From Promethearchaeota archaeon (GTDB lineage: Archaea; Asgardarchaeota; Lokiarchaeia; Sigyniarchaeales; SOKP01), in assembly GCA_016839705.1 (NCBI GenBank), contig JAEOTR010000046.1, positions 32,001-96,000 on the forward strand: a stretch of DNA of 64,000 nucleotides, given 5' to 3'. Within the stretch, counting starts at the first letter, position 1. Every line of letters begins with the position of its first letter. The notes under the pieces are model-generated. The model did not search any database and was not told the origin of the DNA. It saw nothing but the letters and a program-made list of their open reading frames with translations. Below are positions 10,056 through 20,208 of the stretch, piece after piece. Position numbers and translations under genes: made by a program.

Positions 10056-10319
10056 TTATGTTATTTGTGAAGCATCTGGTTTTATAAAGAGAAGATTATT
10101 ACCACGGATGAATATTTCATTATATTTAGCCACGGGGCTTCCATCTAAAATTTCGGTGGCATCAGTTAGAATCATATTCATATACGCATCTATTTCCCTT
10201 AATAATCCTTTATATTCTGTACCATCTTTTAACCTAAGCAAAATGACACTATTCTGAGCTTGCTGTAAGATAGAAAGAGGATTTTTTGATCGTTGTTGAT
10301 TGTTATCTCTATTTGACAT
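10056..10319 (-). CDS. Sm/Lsm-family RNA-binding protein (SmAP)
   Basis: Sm1 motif LKDGTEYKGLLREIDAYMNMIL and Sm2 motif IFIRGNNL. Confidence 0.93.
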   Translation of the reverse strand: MSNRDNNQQRSKNPLSILQQAQNSVILLRLKDGTEYKGLLREIDAYMNMILTDATEILDGSPVAKYNEIFIRGNNLLFIKPDASQIT

Positions 10320-10437
10320 TTTTAAACCTTTATTAAAAAATAATTAACTTTACATTTATTGAAAAGATAATTTAAAGTTAGATTTTTTTCAATTAAAACC
10401 TTTTTATCGATATGAAAAATAGAAAGTTTAAAATTAT

Positions 10438-11055
10438 ATGGTTTTTATAATGGGGAAAAATTTTAAGCCTTTAAGCAAGAAGCAAGAAATTATTAACAGT
10501 TATGATTCATCAGCAGGTTATTATGATAATAGATATAGAAAAATACAAGAAGAAAAATATGATATTATTCTCAATAATTATGATTTACTAGAGAAGCGAA
10601 TTTTAGACAATGGATGTGGTACTGGACTTTTAATCGAATATTTATTAAATTCTAAGATAAATCATCATATCTTTAAATGTAAATACGTAGCAGTGGATAT
10701 TTCATGGAAAATGCTGTGTAAATTTAAAAAAAAACTACTAAAGCTAAGAAATAAACCCAATGTGCTGTTTGTTTTATCAGACATGGAAAATTTACCTTTT
10801 CGAAATAATTCTTTTAACTTAATATTTTCACTTACTTCCTTTCAAAATTTACCCAATATTTTAAATGGAATTCGAGAATCCCTTAGGGTGAGTGTAAATA
10901 AAGGTGATATTAAATTTTCAATTCTAAGGAAAAAATTGGAGCTGGATGAGGTAAAAAATTTGTTAACTCCATTTGTCAAAGACCTTGAAGTAACAAATAA
11001 GGAAGATATTGAAGATATTATTATCCAAGGTATCGTGATAAAAGAACCTACCTAA
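10438..11055 (+). CDS. Class I SAM-dependent methyltransferase
   Basis: ILDNGCGTG, VAVDIS, DMENLPFRNNSFN. Confidence 0.88.
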   Translation: MVFIMGKNFKPLSKKQEIINSYDSSAGYYDNRYRKIQEEKYDIILNNYDLLEKRILDNGCGTGLLIEYLLNSKINHHIFKCKYVAVDISWKMLCKFKKKLLKLRNKPNVLFVLSDMENLPFRNNSFNLIFSLTSFQNLPNILNGIRESLRVSVNKGDIKFSILRKKLELDEVKNLLTPFVKDLEVTNKEDIEDIIIQGIVIKEPT

Positions 11056-11060
11056 TTCTA

Positions 11061-11939
11061 TTATATTTTATAAAAATTATTTATAATTTCCTCGGGGTTA
11101 CTTTCAACATTGAATTTCTTTAAAAAATAACTACAAACATTTACAATATCCCTTTCTAAAAATGAATAAGCATTAGGATGATCTCGAGAGACCCATTGTA
11201 ACCAATCAATGATGAGGATATTACCCTCTTCATCTAAAACAATATTAAATTCACCTAAATCTCCATGAATCATCCCAACATTTTGAAAAATTGTTTTCAT
11301 TTGTTTTATGATTCGATTAAAAATTTTTTGAGGTTTTTTAATATTCTTATGATAAACTAATTCTTTTCCTCTTAAATATGACATAATAATTACATGACGA
11401 TTATACTCTATGGGTTTTGGGGTGTTTAATTTCAAAGGGTGAATTTTTTCTAACGCTTCAAATTCTCTTTTAGCAGCAAGTCTATTAACATAAAGCCAAG
11501 AATAGTGACTTCTATTACCCAAAAGATCTCTATATTTTTTAATAGCTCTAAAACTAGTTCGTCCCATGCGATAAAACTTTGCTGCAAAGATATTTTCATC
11601 ATCATCAATACAACTATATACATCTGATTCTTTTCCCTTTCCAATTAAGGGCCCAAGCTGGCTAATCACATTTTTCTCAACTAATGTGTGTAGAGCAAGC
11701 AAATCATAAGCTTTTGAGTTAAGTGTATAAGCGATTTCAAATTTCGAAGCATCTCTTATTATAAGATCAAGCTTATGAACCTTATTTAAGCGAAACAATG
11801 TTTCCTCCATCTTATATCTAGAGTAAAATTTAATATTTTTAATGGTCACATATTTAGATCTTTTCATTCCAATCTCTATTGCCATTAAAATTCTAAAATC
11901 TTCTTTTTCCAAAGTAGGTAAAAGATTAGCGATCTCCAC
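11061..11939 (-). CDS. rio2: RIO2 Ser/Thr kinase
   Basis: N-terminal winged helix (DFRILMAIEIGM), IGKGKESDVY, KFYRMGRTSF, IHGDLGEFNI, IDWLQ. Confidence 0.92.
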   Translation of the reverse strand: MEIANLLPTLEKEDFRILMAIEIGMKRSKYVTIKNIKFYSRYKMEETLFRLNKVHKLDLIIRDASKFEIAYTLNSKAYDLLALHTLVEKNVISQLGPLIGKGKESDVYSCIDDDENIFAAKFYRMGRTSFRAIKKYRDLLGNRSHYSWLYVNRLAAKREFEALEKIHPLKLNTPKPIEYNRHVIIMSYLRGKELVYHKNIKKPQKIFNRIIKQMKTIFQNVGMIHGDLGEFNIVLDEEGNILIIDWLQWVSRDHPNAYSFLERDIVNVCSYFLKKFNVESNPEEIINNFYKI

Positions 11940-11949
11940 GATTTCTCAG

Positions 11950-12732
11950 CTAGAATATATATTTTCGATAGGTTTTTAGAAAAGATATAAATTTGTATAT
12001 AGATGGTAGTTCAAAAATAACCACAGAGAAAAGATTAATTGATATGAAAACAATTATTTCACTTTTCAAAATATAGAAAATGGTTAATGTAGAACCGCTT
12101 TGGAACGTGAAGAGATAAATATCGAAATTTAAATACAGTATTAACCCAAAACAAATAATTAAACCAACAAGGGAGAAAATAATTATCTGGTTTTCAACCT
12201 CAATTAATCCGATAATTAAATTAATTGCTAAAAATAAAATTGTTAGCATAATAAAGATTCTGGAGGTATTTATCCATGATTTGAAAGAGGTATTCTGGAC
12301 TTCTAGATTTATGCTAGAAATTGGCCAAAGCAGAGCTGTGCTCAAATTTAATAAAGAAATTATTGGCATAATAATTACAGCTAAAATAGAAATGAAAAAA
12401 GCACGTATCGTCATAAATCTACTAATTATTAAAGAACTCACCCCCTCATTTTTTGCGGATTCCAACATAGCTTCAATTTTCTTTTGAATTTCAATAGGAA
12501 AATTTTTCTTTGTTAACATAAGCTGAATGTTGAGTTCAGGGAAATTAGAAATTAACTCTTTTAGCTGACCATACCCTATATTGTATCTTTGTCTGGTACT
12601 TTTTGATCCACTCCATAAATAGATCAATTCTTTTTCTTCATCCAAAATCACGCACATATCATGTGATAATAGTGCATGTTCTTCTTCTCTCCACTGAGAT
12701 TTGGAATCATCAAAAATGAATGTTCTCAGCAT
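11950..12732 (-). CDS. Gelsolin-like domain fused to a multi-pass membrane domain
   Basis: LLSHDMCVILDEEKELIYLWSGSKS resembles the gelsolin consensus L.S.D.FILD....IYVW.G..S; about 4 hydrophobic helices from residue ~110. Confidence 0.55.
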   Translation of the reverse strand: MLRTFIFDDSKSQWREEEHALLSHDMCVILDEEKELIYLWSGSKSTRQRYNIGYGQLKELISNFPELNIQLMLTKKNFPIEIQKKIEAMLESAKNEGVSSLIISRFMTIRAFFISILAVIIMPIISLLNLSTALLWPISSINLEVQNTSFKSWINTSRIFIMLTILFLAINLIIGLIEVENQIIIFSLVGLIICFGLILYLNFDIYLFTFQSGSTLTIFYILKSEIIVFISINLFSVVIFELPSIYKFISFLKTYRKYIF

Positions 12733-12824
12733 TTATCATCTAATTATCTTAACAAGAGGAAGTTTTTATTCTTTTCTATCATACATCAAGCAAATTAAAA
12801 CCTAATACTGACTTATGCTTATTA

Positions 12825-13739
12825 TTATCTTTTTTGGGACTGTTGATTAGCAAGTCTGATTTGAATTTCTTCCCAGATATTATTAATATACTCTCTATAG
12901 CTTTTAATAATCTGTTCATCCATAGAGGTAAATCTTTTCTGAAATTTCAGATATTCAGTTATAGGTTTTCGTCGAGATGCATCTATATATTTTTTACTAG
13001 GTTTAGATAACTTAAATTCTCCGTTAATTACTTCATAAAGGGGCCAAAAACCTGTTTCAGTTGCTAGTCTTCCGATTAAAATAGTATCCTTAGGTTCATA
13101 GCCCCATCCAGGTGGACATGGGGATAAAATATGAATATATTTAGTTCCTTTTATCTCTTTAGCTTTCTTAAATTTCTCGTATAAATCGAGAGGGTATGAG
13201 GCATTCGCAGTAGCAACATACGGGATATTATGTGCTTCCAATATCTTTGGCATATTCTTCTTGAGGGTAAGCTTCCCTTCAGGAGTCGTTGTAGTGCGGA
13301 CCCCTAATGGTGTTGATCCACTTCTTTGAACTCCAGTATTCATATAAGCTTCATTATCGTAACACGCATAAATAAAATTGGTACCCCTTTCTGCAGCTCC
13401 ACTTAAGGCTTGGATTCCTATATCAGTCGTACCTCCATCACCTGCAAAAGCAAGCACATTTATATCATCAGATAACCCTTTATCTTCAAGTGATGCTAGT
13501 ATCCCTGATGCAGAAGCACCTGTGGTTGCAAATGGAGTATGATAAACAGAAACTTTTGTAGTACAAAAACCCTGCATTCCATGCAGAACAGTTAGGCAAG
13601 ATGCTGGTACAGTTATGATTGTATTAGGACCTAATGCTTTAAGTGCAATCCTATAAATTAATGCCATGCCACATCCAGAGCACGCTCGAGTCCCGGGATA
13701 AATAAATTCTTCTTCAGGAAGATCCATAACATTTACCAC
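12825..13739 (-). CDS. porB: Pyruvate/2-oxoacid:ferredoxin oxidoreductase beta subunit
   Basis: ACSGCG, TPP motif GDGG...DNEAYMNTG, SPCPPGW. Confidence 0.92.
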   Translation of the reverse strand: MVNVMDLPEEEFIYPGTRACSGCGMALIYRIALKALGPNTIITVPASCLTVLHGMQGFCTTKVSVYHTPFATTGASASGILASLEDKGLSDDINVLAFAGDGGTTDIGIQALSGAAERGTNFIYACYDNEAYMNTGVQRSGSTPLGVRTTTTPEGKLTLKKNMPKILEAHNIPYVATANASYPLDLYEKFKKAKEIKGTKYIHILSPCPPGWGYEPKDTILIGRLATETGFWPLYEVINGEFKLSKPSKKYIDASRRKPITEYLKFQKRFTSMDEQIIKSYREYINNIWEEIQIRLANQQSQKR

Positions 13740-13745
13740 TATTTT

Positions 13746-15008
13746 TCACCCACTCTTAAAATAAGTTGATTCATCATAATCACCTAATTCATCTAATTGT
13801 AAACCCAAAAAATCCGTTTTATTTGTAAATAAACCTTGTTTAAATTCTTTCAAAGCTTTTTGAACACCAATAATAATGTGATCTGTTTTGACATCTCTGC
13901 CACCTAAACCAACAATAAAACCCTTAATGTTTGGTCTATTATTTAAACTATAGAGCGCAGCTTTTAACTCGTAAGATAAAACTCCCTCATATCCATATCC
14001 AATTTCTCGATCAAATACTATAATATTTTCTTTATCTTGGAAAAATTCCCTCAAATCCTCATGTGGGAAAGGTCTAAAGAGCTTAAGACTAACGATTCCT
14101 ATTTTCAATCCTTCTGATCTTAGCTTTTTTAATGCTACTCTAGCTTGAGAAGCAACCGATCCCATAGCAAAGATTATGGTATTAGCATCCTCTGTTTGAA
14201 TTGTTTTATAAATGCCATTTCCGTAAGATCTTCCGAATCTTTTAGCAAATTCATTATGAACTTCTTTAATAATATTAAAAGAATTTTCCAAAGATTTTTG
14301 AAGCGCGTATCTATATTCGTAGTAACCTGGAGCTGTTCCCTCTGAACGGGAGATAACTTGAGGAGTAGTTACTGGATCAACTCCTTTTACTTGAGAAATA
14401 TCAGATAAATTAATATGGTGGTCGAGAGGAGGTAAATACTCATCAATATCTTCTTGAGGTTCTAGTTTTACGGGCATTGCAGTGTGTGAAAGGATATACC
14501 CATCATAAGCACACACTACAGGAAGATATATTCTTGAATCTTCAGCAATTTTAAAAGCTTGGAGGTTTGTATCATAAATTTCTTGATTAGTTTCACAGAA
14601 CAATTGAATCCACCCTACGTCTCTAATAGTTACGAAATCTTGATGGTCTGTCCAAACTGACCACGGGGCACCTAAACTTCTCGTTGCCAAATTGAGGACG
14701 ATTGGTAATCGATTACCTGAAGCCCAAGGTAACATTTCATACATCAATTCTAAACCATGAGCAGAAGTTGCTGTAGCTACCCTGGAGCCTGTAGCAGAGG
14801 CCGCACATAAAACCGCCATTGCACTATGCTCCGATTCAACTTTTACAAATCTAGCGTTTAACTTACCTTCTGCGATAAATTCTGCGATTTTTTCGACGAC
14901 GGGGCTTTGAGGTGTGATTGGATAAGCAGAAACAACCCCGACTTTTGCTTGTCTAAATGCATGTGCTGCAGCGTGATTACCTGTTAAAATCATTATATTA
15001 TTACTCAC
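13746..15008 (-). CDS. porA: Pyruvate/2-oxoacid:ferredoxin oxidoreductase alpha subunit
   Basis: GNHAAA, AYPITPQ, ESEHSA, FRPFP, GLGGRD; likely GTG start at 15008 overlapping the porD stop (GTGA), not 15071. Confidence 0.92.
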   Translation of the reverse strand: MSNNIMILTGNHAAAHAFRQAKVGVVSAYPITPQSPVVEKIAEFIAEGKLNARFVKVESEHSAMAVLCAASATGSRVATATSAHGLELMYEMLPWASGNRLPIVLNLATRSLGAPWSVWTDHQDFVTIRDVGWIQLFCETNQEIYDTNLQAFKIAEDSRIYLPVVCAYDGYILSHTAMPVKLEPQEDIDEYLPPLDHHINLSDISQVKGVDPVTTPQVISRSEGTAPGYYEYRYALQKSLENSFNIIKEVHNEFAKRFGRSYGNGIYKTIQTEDANTIIFAMGSVASQARVALKKLRSEGLKIGIVSLKLFRPFPHEDLREFFQDKENIIVFDREIGYGYEGVLSYELKAALYSLNNRPNIKGFIVGLGGRDVKTDHIIIGVQKALKEFKQGLFTNKTDFLGLQLDELGDYDESTYFKSG

Positions 15009-15304
15009 CCTTTTTTCACCTCTTCCATTGAGATCGCTTTTGCGGGGCATTCCATCATACATATTCCACATCCCTTACAATAATTGAGATCGATCGTCGG
15101 AGGGATGGTTCTAGTAACAACTGCTTCTGGGCAATATAGCCAACAATTAAAACACGCATTTTTTCCCGATTTAACAGGAATACACTTCTTTAAATCTATT
15201 TTTGGCTTTTTAGAACTCCAAGTTCCAGTCTGACCTGCTTCAGCTATTACCGGTTTTTGAACGGAACCTAAAATTTTTTGATAATCTTTTTTTGAGTCTG
15301 TCAT
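15005..15304 (-). CDS. porD: 2-oxoacid:ferredoxin oxidoreductase delta subunit (ferredoxin-like)
   Basis: TGTW..KKP, C...CFNCWLYCP, YCKGCGICMMECP. Confidence 0.9.
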   Translation of the reverse strand: MTDSKKDYQKILGSVQKPVIAEAGQTGTWSSKKPKIDLKKCIPVKSGKNACFNCWLYCPEAVVTRTIPPTIDLNYCKGCGICMMECPAKAISMEEVKKG

Positions 15305-15568
15305 CTCTACACTTAAAATCAGATTCTTCTAAAAAGTTTAACGTAGTGAAATTTTTAATTCTTACCATTTAGAAATATAGAAGTTTAAAGGGGATTTCCA
15401 TTTATTTTTCAATGTAAGTAAATAGAGGATAAGAACCGCTAGGTGATACATTCTTTTAAATAAGAAATAAATAGGTGTTAATTCATTAATCTATTAATTA
15501 TTTTACGCTAGTAGAAAATTGTAGAGCAACTTGAATTATGTGGATTAATCTTAAAAATCAAATAAAAA

Positions 15569-18253
15569 ATGGGAATTTCCGGGATTGATATGGTTTTTTC
15601 TAAAGAACTATTTATAGAAATAACTAATGAGATTAATGATTTAATCTTTATTTTAGATTTAGATTTTAGAATTGAGTATATGAACGAGAAGGTATACTCA
15701 AAACTATTAGGATATTCATATGAAGAATTGATTAGTAAAAAGATCAGTAATATCATCGATACTCACGATTTTGAAAAATTGAAAGAAAGTTTTGAGAGAA
15801 AGGATAACAGGTGTGAAAATTCAATTGATATCCAAATCTTATGCAAAGATGGTAAAAAATTATGGTTTGAGAGCAAGATTAAGATTATAACAAATAAGAA
15901 TGGGGAAAGGCGTATTCTTTTTATTTTAAAAGATATTTCGGAGAGAAAGCGAACGGAATTAATTGCTAAAGAATCAAAAGAAAAATATGAAAGTATAATT
16001 AAAACAATTAATGAAGGGTATTATGAGGTTGATCTAAAGGGAAATTTTACGTTTGTTAGTGAAGCGTTATGCAAATTTGTTGGATACACGCAAGACGAAT
16101 TGTTAGGGAAAAACTATACTATGATGACTGAGAGGAAAGCAAATAAATTAGTGTTTAAAACATTTAACACAGTTTTTAAAACTGAAATACAGAAAAATCT
16201 ATTTCAATTTCAGGTTATTAGAAAAAATGGGGAGAGAGCATTTTTTGAAACCTCTGTCTACTTGAAATATGCTACAAATGGTAGAAAAATTGGATTTTAC
16301 GGTATAGTAAGAGATATCACAGAAAGGAAAAAAGAAGAGGATTTAGAAGAGAAATTTAAAGTTGAACTTGCACAGACCGTAAGGCTGAGAACAAGAGAAT
16401 TAGAAGAATCTGAAGAGAAATATAGTAATCTCTTCCAACATTCAAATGATGGTATTTTCTTTCATGATTTGGAAGGAAATATTATTGATGTTAACCAAAA
16501 AGTGTTAGAACAATTCGGATATACCAAAACCGAAATATTGGCTCTTAATATTAGTCAACTCCATCCAATTAGCGAACTTGTAGAATCAAAAAAGGCTTTT
16601 GAACAAATTGCGAAAGATGGATATGTCAGGTTTGAAATTAACTTTAAGAAGAAGAATGGTGATATATTCCCCGCTGAAGTGTCTTCTAGTTTTTTTACTG
16701 TCGGTTCGGAGAGTTTTATCCAAGGAATTGTACGGGATATAACCACTCGAAAACAATCCGAATTAAGACTTAAGGATTCTGAAGAAAAGTATCGCAGTAT
16801 GATTAATAATTTAGATTTAGGATTTTATCAAGTGGATTGGCAAGGAAATTTATTAAATTATAATCCTGCTTTTAGTTCTTTGCTAGGATTTGAACCAAAT
16901 GAAAATTTATTAAAAGCTAATGTGAAACAGTTTTGGCAAAATCCCGTTGAGCGTAAGGCTTACCTAGATTTATTAAAAGACGAAGGGCTCATTAAAAATT
17001 ATATTGTACCTTCGCAAAAAAGGAATGGCCAAAAAATCATATTACAATTAAACTCTCATGTAATTACGAATGAATTTGGGGAACCCTTTAAGATTCAAGG
17101 GTTAATATCTGATATTACAGAAAAATTTGAGTTAGAACAAAAAGTGAAATTGTCTGAGAATAGGTATCGAAATTTAATAGAATCTGTACCCCTTTCAATA
17201 GCACTTGTTGATCAAACAGGTTTTGTTATTTATTGCAATCCTGCAACAGAGAAATTATTAGGATATAGTGAAGAAGAATTAATTGGTAAAGAATTTAGGA
17301 AACTTCCTGCAATAAATCAGAAGTATCTTCCAATGATGCTTGAACGGTTTCAAAAAGTTAGTAAAGGAGTAATATTACCACCGTTTGACGTGGAATTATA
17401 TAAAAAAGACGGTAGTGTAATTTGGATAAGCTATCAAACCTCATTAGTCAAGTTAGATGACGAGATTTTGATTCAGGCAGTTCTTAATGATATTACGGAG
17501 CGTAAAAGGGCTAATCTTCTTATTGAGGAGGAAATTCTAAAATTAAAAGAATTAGATCAAATTAGGAAAGATTTAATATCAAGAGTTTCTCATGAATTGA
17601 AAACTCCTCTTGTTTCTGTATGTGGCGCTTCTGAATTACTTTTAGAATTATTTAAAAATGAGTTAAAAACAGATATTATCGAATTAATTGAAATGATCGA
17701 GAAAGGTGGTACACGATTAAAACACTTAGTTGATAATTTACTTGATATAACTCGTATTGAATATAATAAATTTGAATTGAAAAGAGATATCGTCAATTTA
17801 AGTGAAATTATAAAAGACTGCGCAAAAGAGATGAGGTATCTGATAAAAATGCGAAAACTAGAACTTGTTTTCAACATTCCAGATGAATTACACGTAGAAA
17901 TTGATAAAATTAGAATGGAACAAGTAATATTGAATCTTTTATCTAATGCAATTAAAAACACGCCTCCCAATGGAAAAATTATAATGAAATTATATAAGAA
18001 AGGAGATTGGGCAGAATTTGCAATAAGCGATACCGGTATTGGTTTAACTCGAGAGGAAATGGATAGGCTCTTTACAAGATTTGGCAAGATCGAAAGATAT
18101 GGAGAAGGTTTAGAATATATTGATATTCAGGGTTCTGGTCTCGGATTATATATTTCCAAAGAAATTTTAGATTTACATGAAGGTCAAATTAGGGCGGAAT
18201 CTGCTGGGAGAGATAAAGGTTGCACATTTACAATAAAGATACCAATCAAATAA
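15569..18253 (+). CDS. Cytoplasmic multi-PAS (about 5) sensor histidine kinase
   Basis: Repeated PAS/PAC units ending DITERK, H-box SHELKTPL, NLLSNAIK, DTGIG, GSGLGL. Confidence 0.93.
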   Translation: MGISGIDMVFSKELFIEITNEINDLIFILDLDFRIEYMNEKVYSKLLGYSYEELISKKISNIIDTHDFEKLKESFERKDNRCENSIDIQILCKDGKKLWFESKIKIITNKNGERRILFILKDISERKRTELIAKESKEKYESIIKTINEGYYEVDLKGNFTFVSEALCKFVGYTQDELLGKNYTMMTERKANKLVFKTFNTVFKTEIQKNLFQFQVIRKNGERAFFETSVYLKYATNGRKIGFYGIVRDITERKKEEDLEEKFKVELAQTVRLRTRELEESEEKYSNLFQHSNDGIFFHDLEGNIIDVNQKVLEQFGYTKTEILALNISQLHPISELVESKKAFEQIAKDGYVRFEINFKKKNGDIFPAEVSSSFFTVGSESFIQGIVRDITTRKQSELRLKDSEEKYRSMINNLDLGFYQVDWQGNLLNYNPAFSSLLGFEPNENLLKANVKQFWQNPVERKAYLDLLKDEGLIKNYIVPSQKRNGQKIILQLNSHVITNEFGEPFKIQGLISDITEKFELEQKVKLSENRYRNLIESVPLSIALVDQTGFVIYCNPATEKLLGYSEEELIGKEFRKLPAINQKYLPMMLERFQKVSKGVILPPFDVELYKKDGSVIWISYQTSLVKLDDEILIQAVLNDITERKRANLLIEEEILKLKELDQIRKDLISRVSHELKTPLVSVCGASELLLELFKNELKTDIIELIEMIEKGGTRLKHLVDNLLDITRIEYNKFELKRDIVNLSEIIKDCAKEMRYLIKMRKLELVFNIPDELHVEIDKIRMEQVILNLLSNAIKNTPPNGKIIMKLYKKGDWAEFAISDTGIGLTREEMDRLFTRFGKIERYGEGLEYIDIQGSGLGLYISKEILDLHEGQIRAESAGRDKGCTFTIKIPIK

Positions 18254-18300
18254 GAAAATTAAATTATCATAAAATTTGAAAAAAATATCCATCGCTAGAA

Positions 18301-20190
18301 ATGAAATACGATAGAGGAGAAATTGAAGAGAGTTATAAAGATTTATTTGACTATTCTTTAGATATAATTTATGTTAGCGATCTGAGAGGAAATTTTCTTG
18401 ATGCTAATGATATAGCATTAGAAAGGCTTGGATATAAAAGAGAAGAGGTCCTTAACATTTCCTTTTTAGATTTACTTGACAAAGATGAATTAATAAAGGC
18501 TTTTGAAGTAATCAAGGAAATAAAAAATACAGGAAAACAATCAAAACATAGACAGTATAAACTTAAAACAAAATATGGAGAGATCATATACGTGGAAACA
18601 TTTGGAATTCCATTGAGAAAGAGCGGTAAAATTTATGCCATTTTAGGTATTGGAAACGATATTACAGACATAAAGTTTGCTGAGCAAAAATTAATTGAAT
18701 CAGAAGAAAAATATCGACATTTATTTCAGAGTTCTCCTTTTTTTGTGGGATTAGTAGACTTAAACGGGGTATTAATAGATTGCAATGATATCGTAAATAA
18801 GCTTCTTTCGGTTCACACAAAAGAGGATATTATTGGAAAGAATTTTAGAGAAATCTTTGCAATAAATGAGAAGAATAATGATGTTATCCCACTATTTAAG
18901 GCACTTTTTAAGAAGATAATTCAAGGTAAAACTCCAGAACCTATTGAATTTAAGTTAAATCGAACTGTAGGAGACTTTTTATGGTTAAATTTACGTGGAT
19001 CACTCATAAATATTGAAAAAAAGAATTTAATTCAATTCATAATTCAAGATATTTCAGACAAAAAAAAAGCTGAACAAAAATTAAAGGAGTCCGAAGAAAA
19101 ATATCGGTTTCTATTTGAAGATTCCCCATTTTCTATAATTCTAATAAATTCTAGGGGTATAGTCATTGATTGCAATCCTGCAATTCTATTATTAGGGGAT
19201 TATGAAAAAGAAGATTTGATAGATATCCCATTTAAGGATTTGAAAATAATACCTGAGGAATTCCTTCAAACTTTAATAGATTTATTTACACGTTTCATTA
19301 AAGGAGAAGTTTTACACCGTATAGATATTCAGTTATATAAAAAAGATAGTAGTCTAATTTGGGCTAATTTACAAGCTTCTCTGGTTGAAGTTGGTGGTGA
19401 AACATTCGTTCAGGTAATTTTACATGATATAACTAAACGAAAGGAAGCAGAACTTTTAATAAACGAAGAGATCCAAAAGTTAAAAGATCTAGATCAATTA
19501 CGAAAGGATTTGATCTCGAGGGTGTCACATGAATTAAAAACACCCCTAGTATCTGTATTTGCCAGTTCAGAATATCTTTTAAGTGAATATAAAGATAAAT
19601 TAGGAGAAGATGTATTGGAATTAATTCAAATGATACAAAAGGGTGGAAATAGATTGAAGCATTTAGTAAATAACCTATTAGATATCACAAGAATTGAATA
19701 TAATAAATTCAATCTAGAAAAAGAGACAATTAACCTTTCTGAAATAATAATAGAATGTTCAGAAGAGATGAAGTACCTAATTAGGGGGAGGAAGCTTGAG
19801 CTTGAATTAAATCTTCCACAGAATTTATACTTAAAAATAGATAGAATAAGAATACAACAAGTTATTACTAATTTACTCCTTAATGCAATAAAAAATACCC
19901 CACCTTACGGGAAAATAATAATAATCCTTTGGAAAAATGAGGACTGGGTAGAAATTTCGATAAAAGATACAGGAGTTGGGTTAACCAAAGAAGAAATGGA
20001 GATAATATTTACCAGATTTGGTAAAATTGAAAGAGTAGGAGAAGGATTAGAATATATTGACATTCAGGGCTCAGGATTAGGATTATTTATATCAAAAGAA
20101 ATAGCTCAGTTACATGGTGGATTAATTACCGCAAAATCAGAAGGTAGACATAAGGGAAGTATCTTTACCATAAAAATTCCCTTTGATTGA
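18301..20190 (+). CDS. Cytoplasmic multi-PAS (about 3) sensor histidine kinase, paralog of the upstream gene
   Basis: PAS repeats, SHELKTPL, NLLLNAIK, DTGVG, GEGLEYIDIQGSGLGL shared with the upstream kinase. Confidence 0.93.
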   Translation: MKYDRGEIEESYKDLFDYSLDIIYVSDLRGNFLDANDIALERLGYKREEVLNISFLDLLDKDELIKAFEVIKEIKNTGKQSKHRQYKLKTKYGEIIYVETFGIPLRKSGKIYAILGIGNDITDIKFAEQKLIESEEKYRHLFQSSPFFVGLVDLNGVLIDCNDIVNKLLSVHTKEDIIGKNFREIFAINEKNNDVIPLFKALFKKIIQGKTPEPIEFKLNRTVGDFLWLNLRGSLINIEKKNLIQFIIQDISDKKKAEQKLKESEEKYRFLFEDSPFSIILINSRGIVIDCNPAILLLGDYEKEDLIDIPFKDLKIIPEEFLQTLIDLFTRFIKGEVLHRIDIQLYKKDSSLIWANLQASLVEVGGETFVQVILHDITKRKEAELLINEEIQKLKDLDQLRKDLISRVSHELKTPLVSVFASSEYLLSEYKDKLGEDVLELIQMIQKGGNRLKHLVNNLLDITRIEYNKFNLEKETINLSEIIIECSEEMKYLIRGRKLELELNLPQNLYLKIDRIRIQQVITNLLLNAIKNTPPYGKIIIILWKNEDWVEISIKDTGVGLTKEEMEIIFTRFGKIERVGEGLEYIDIQGSGLGLFISKEIAQLHGGLITAKSEGRHKGSIFTIKIPFD

Positions 20191-20208
20191 TTAATAGGTT
20201 AAATTGGA

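Noticed and set aside
15009-15071. N-terminal extension of porA in the ORF track
   Set aside because: Overlaps the porD ferredoxin motif; GTG at 15008 fits the family start and translational coupling
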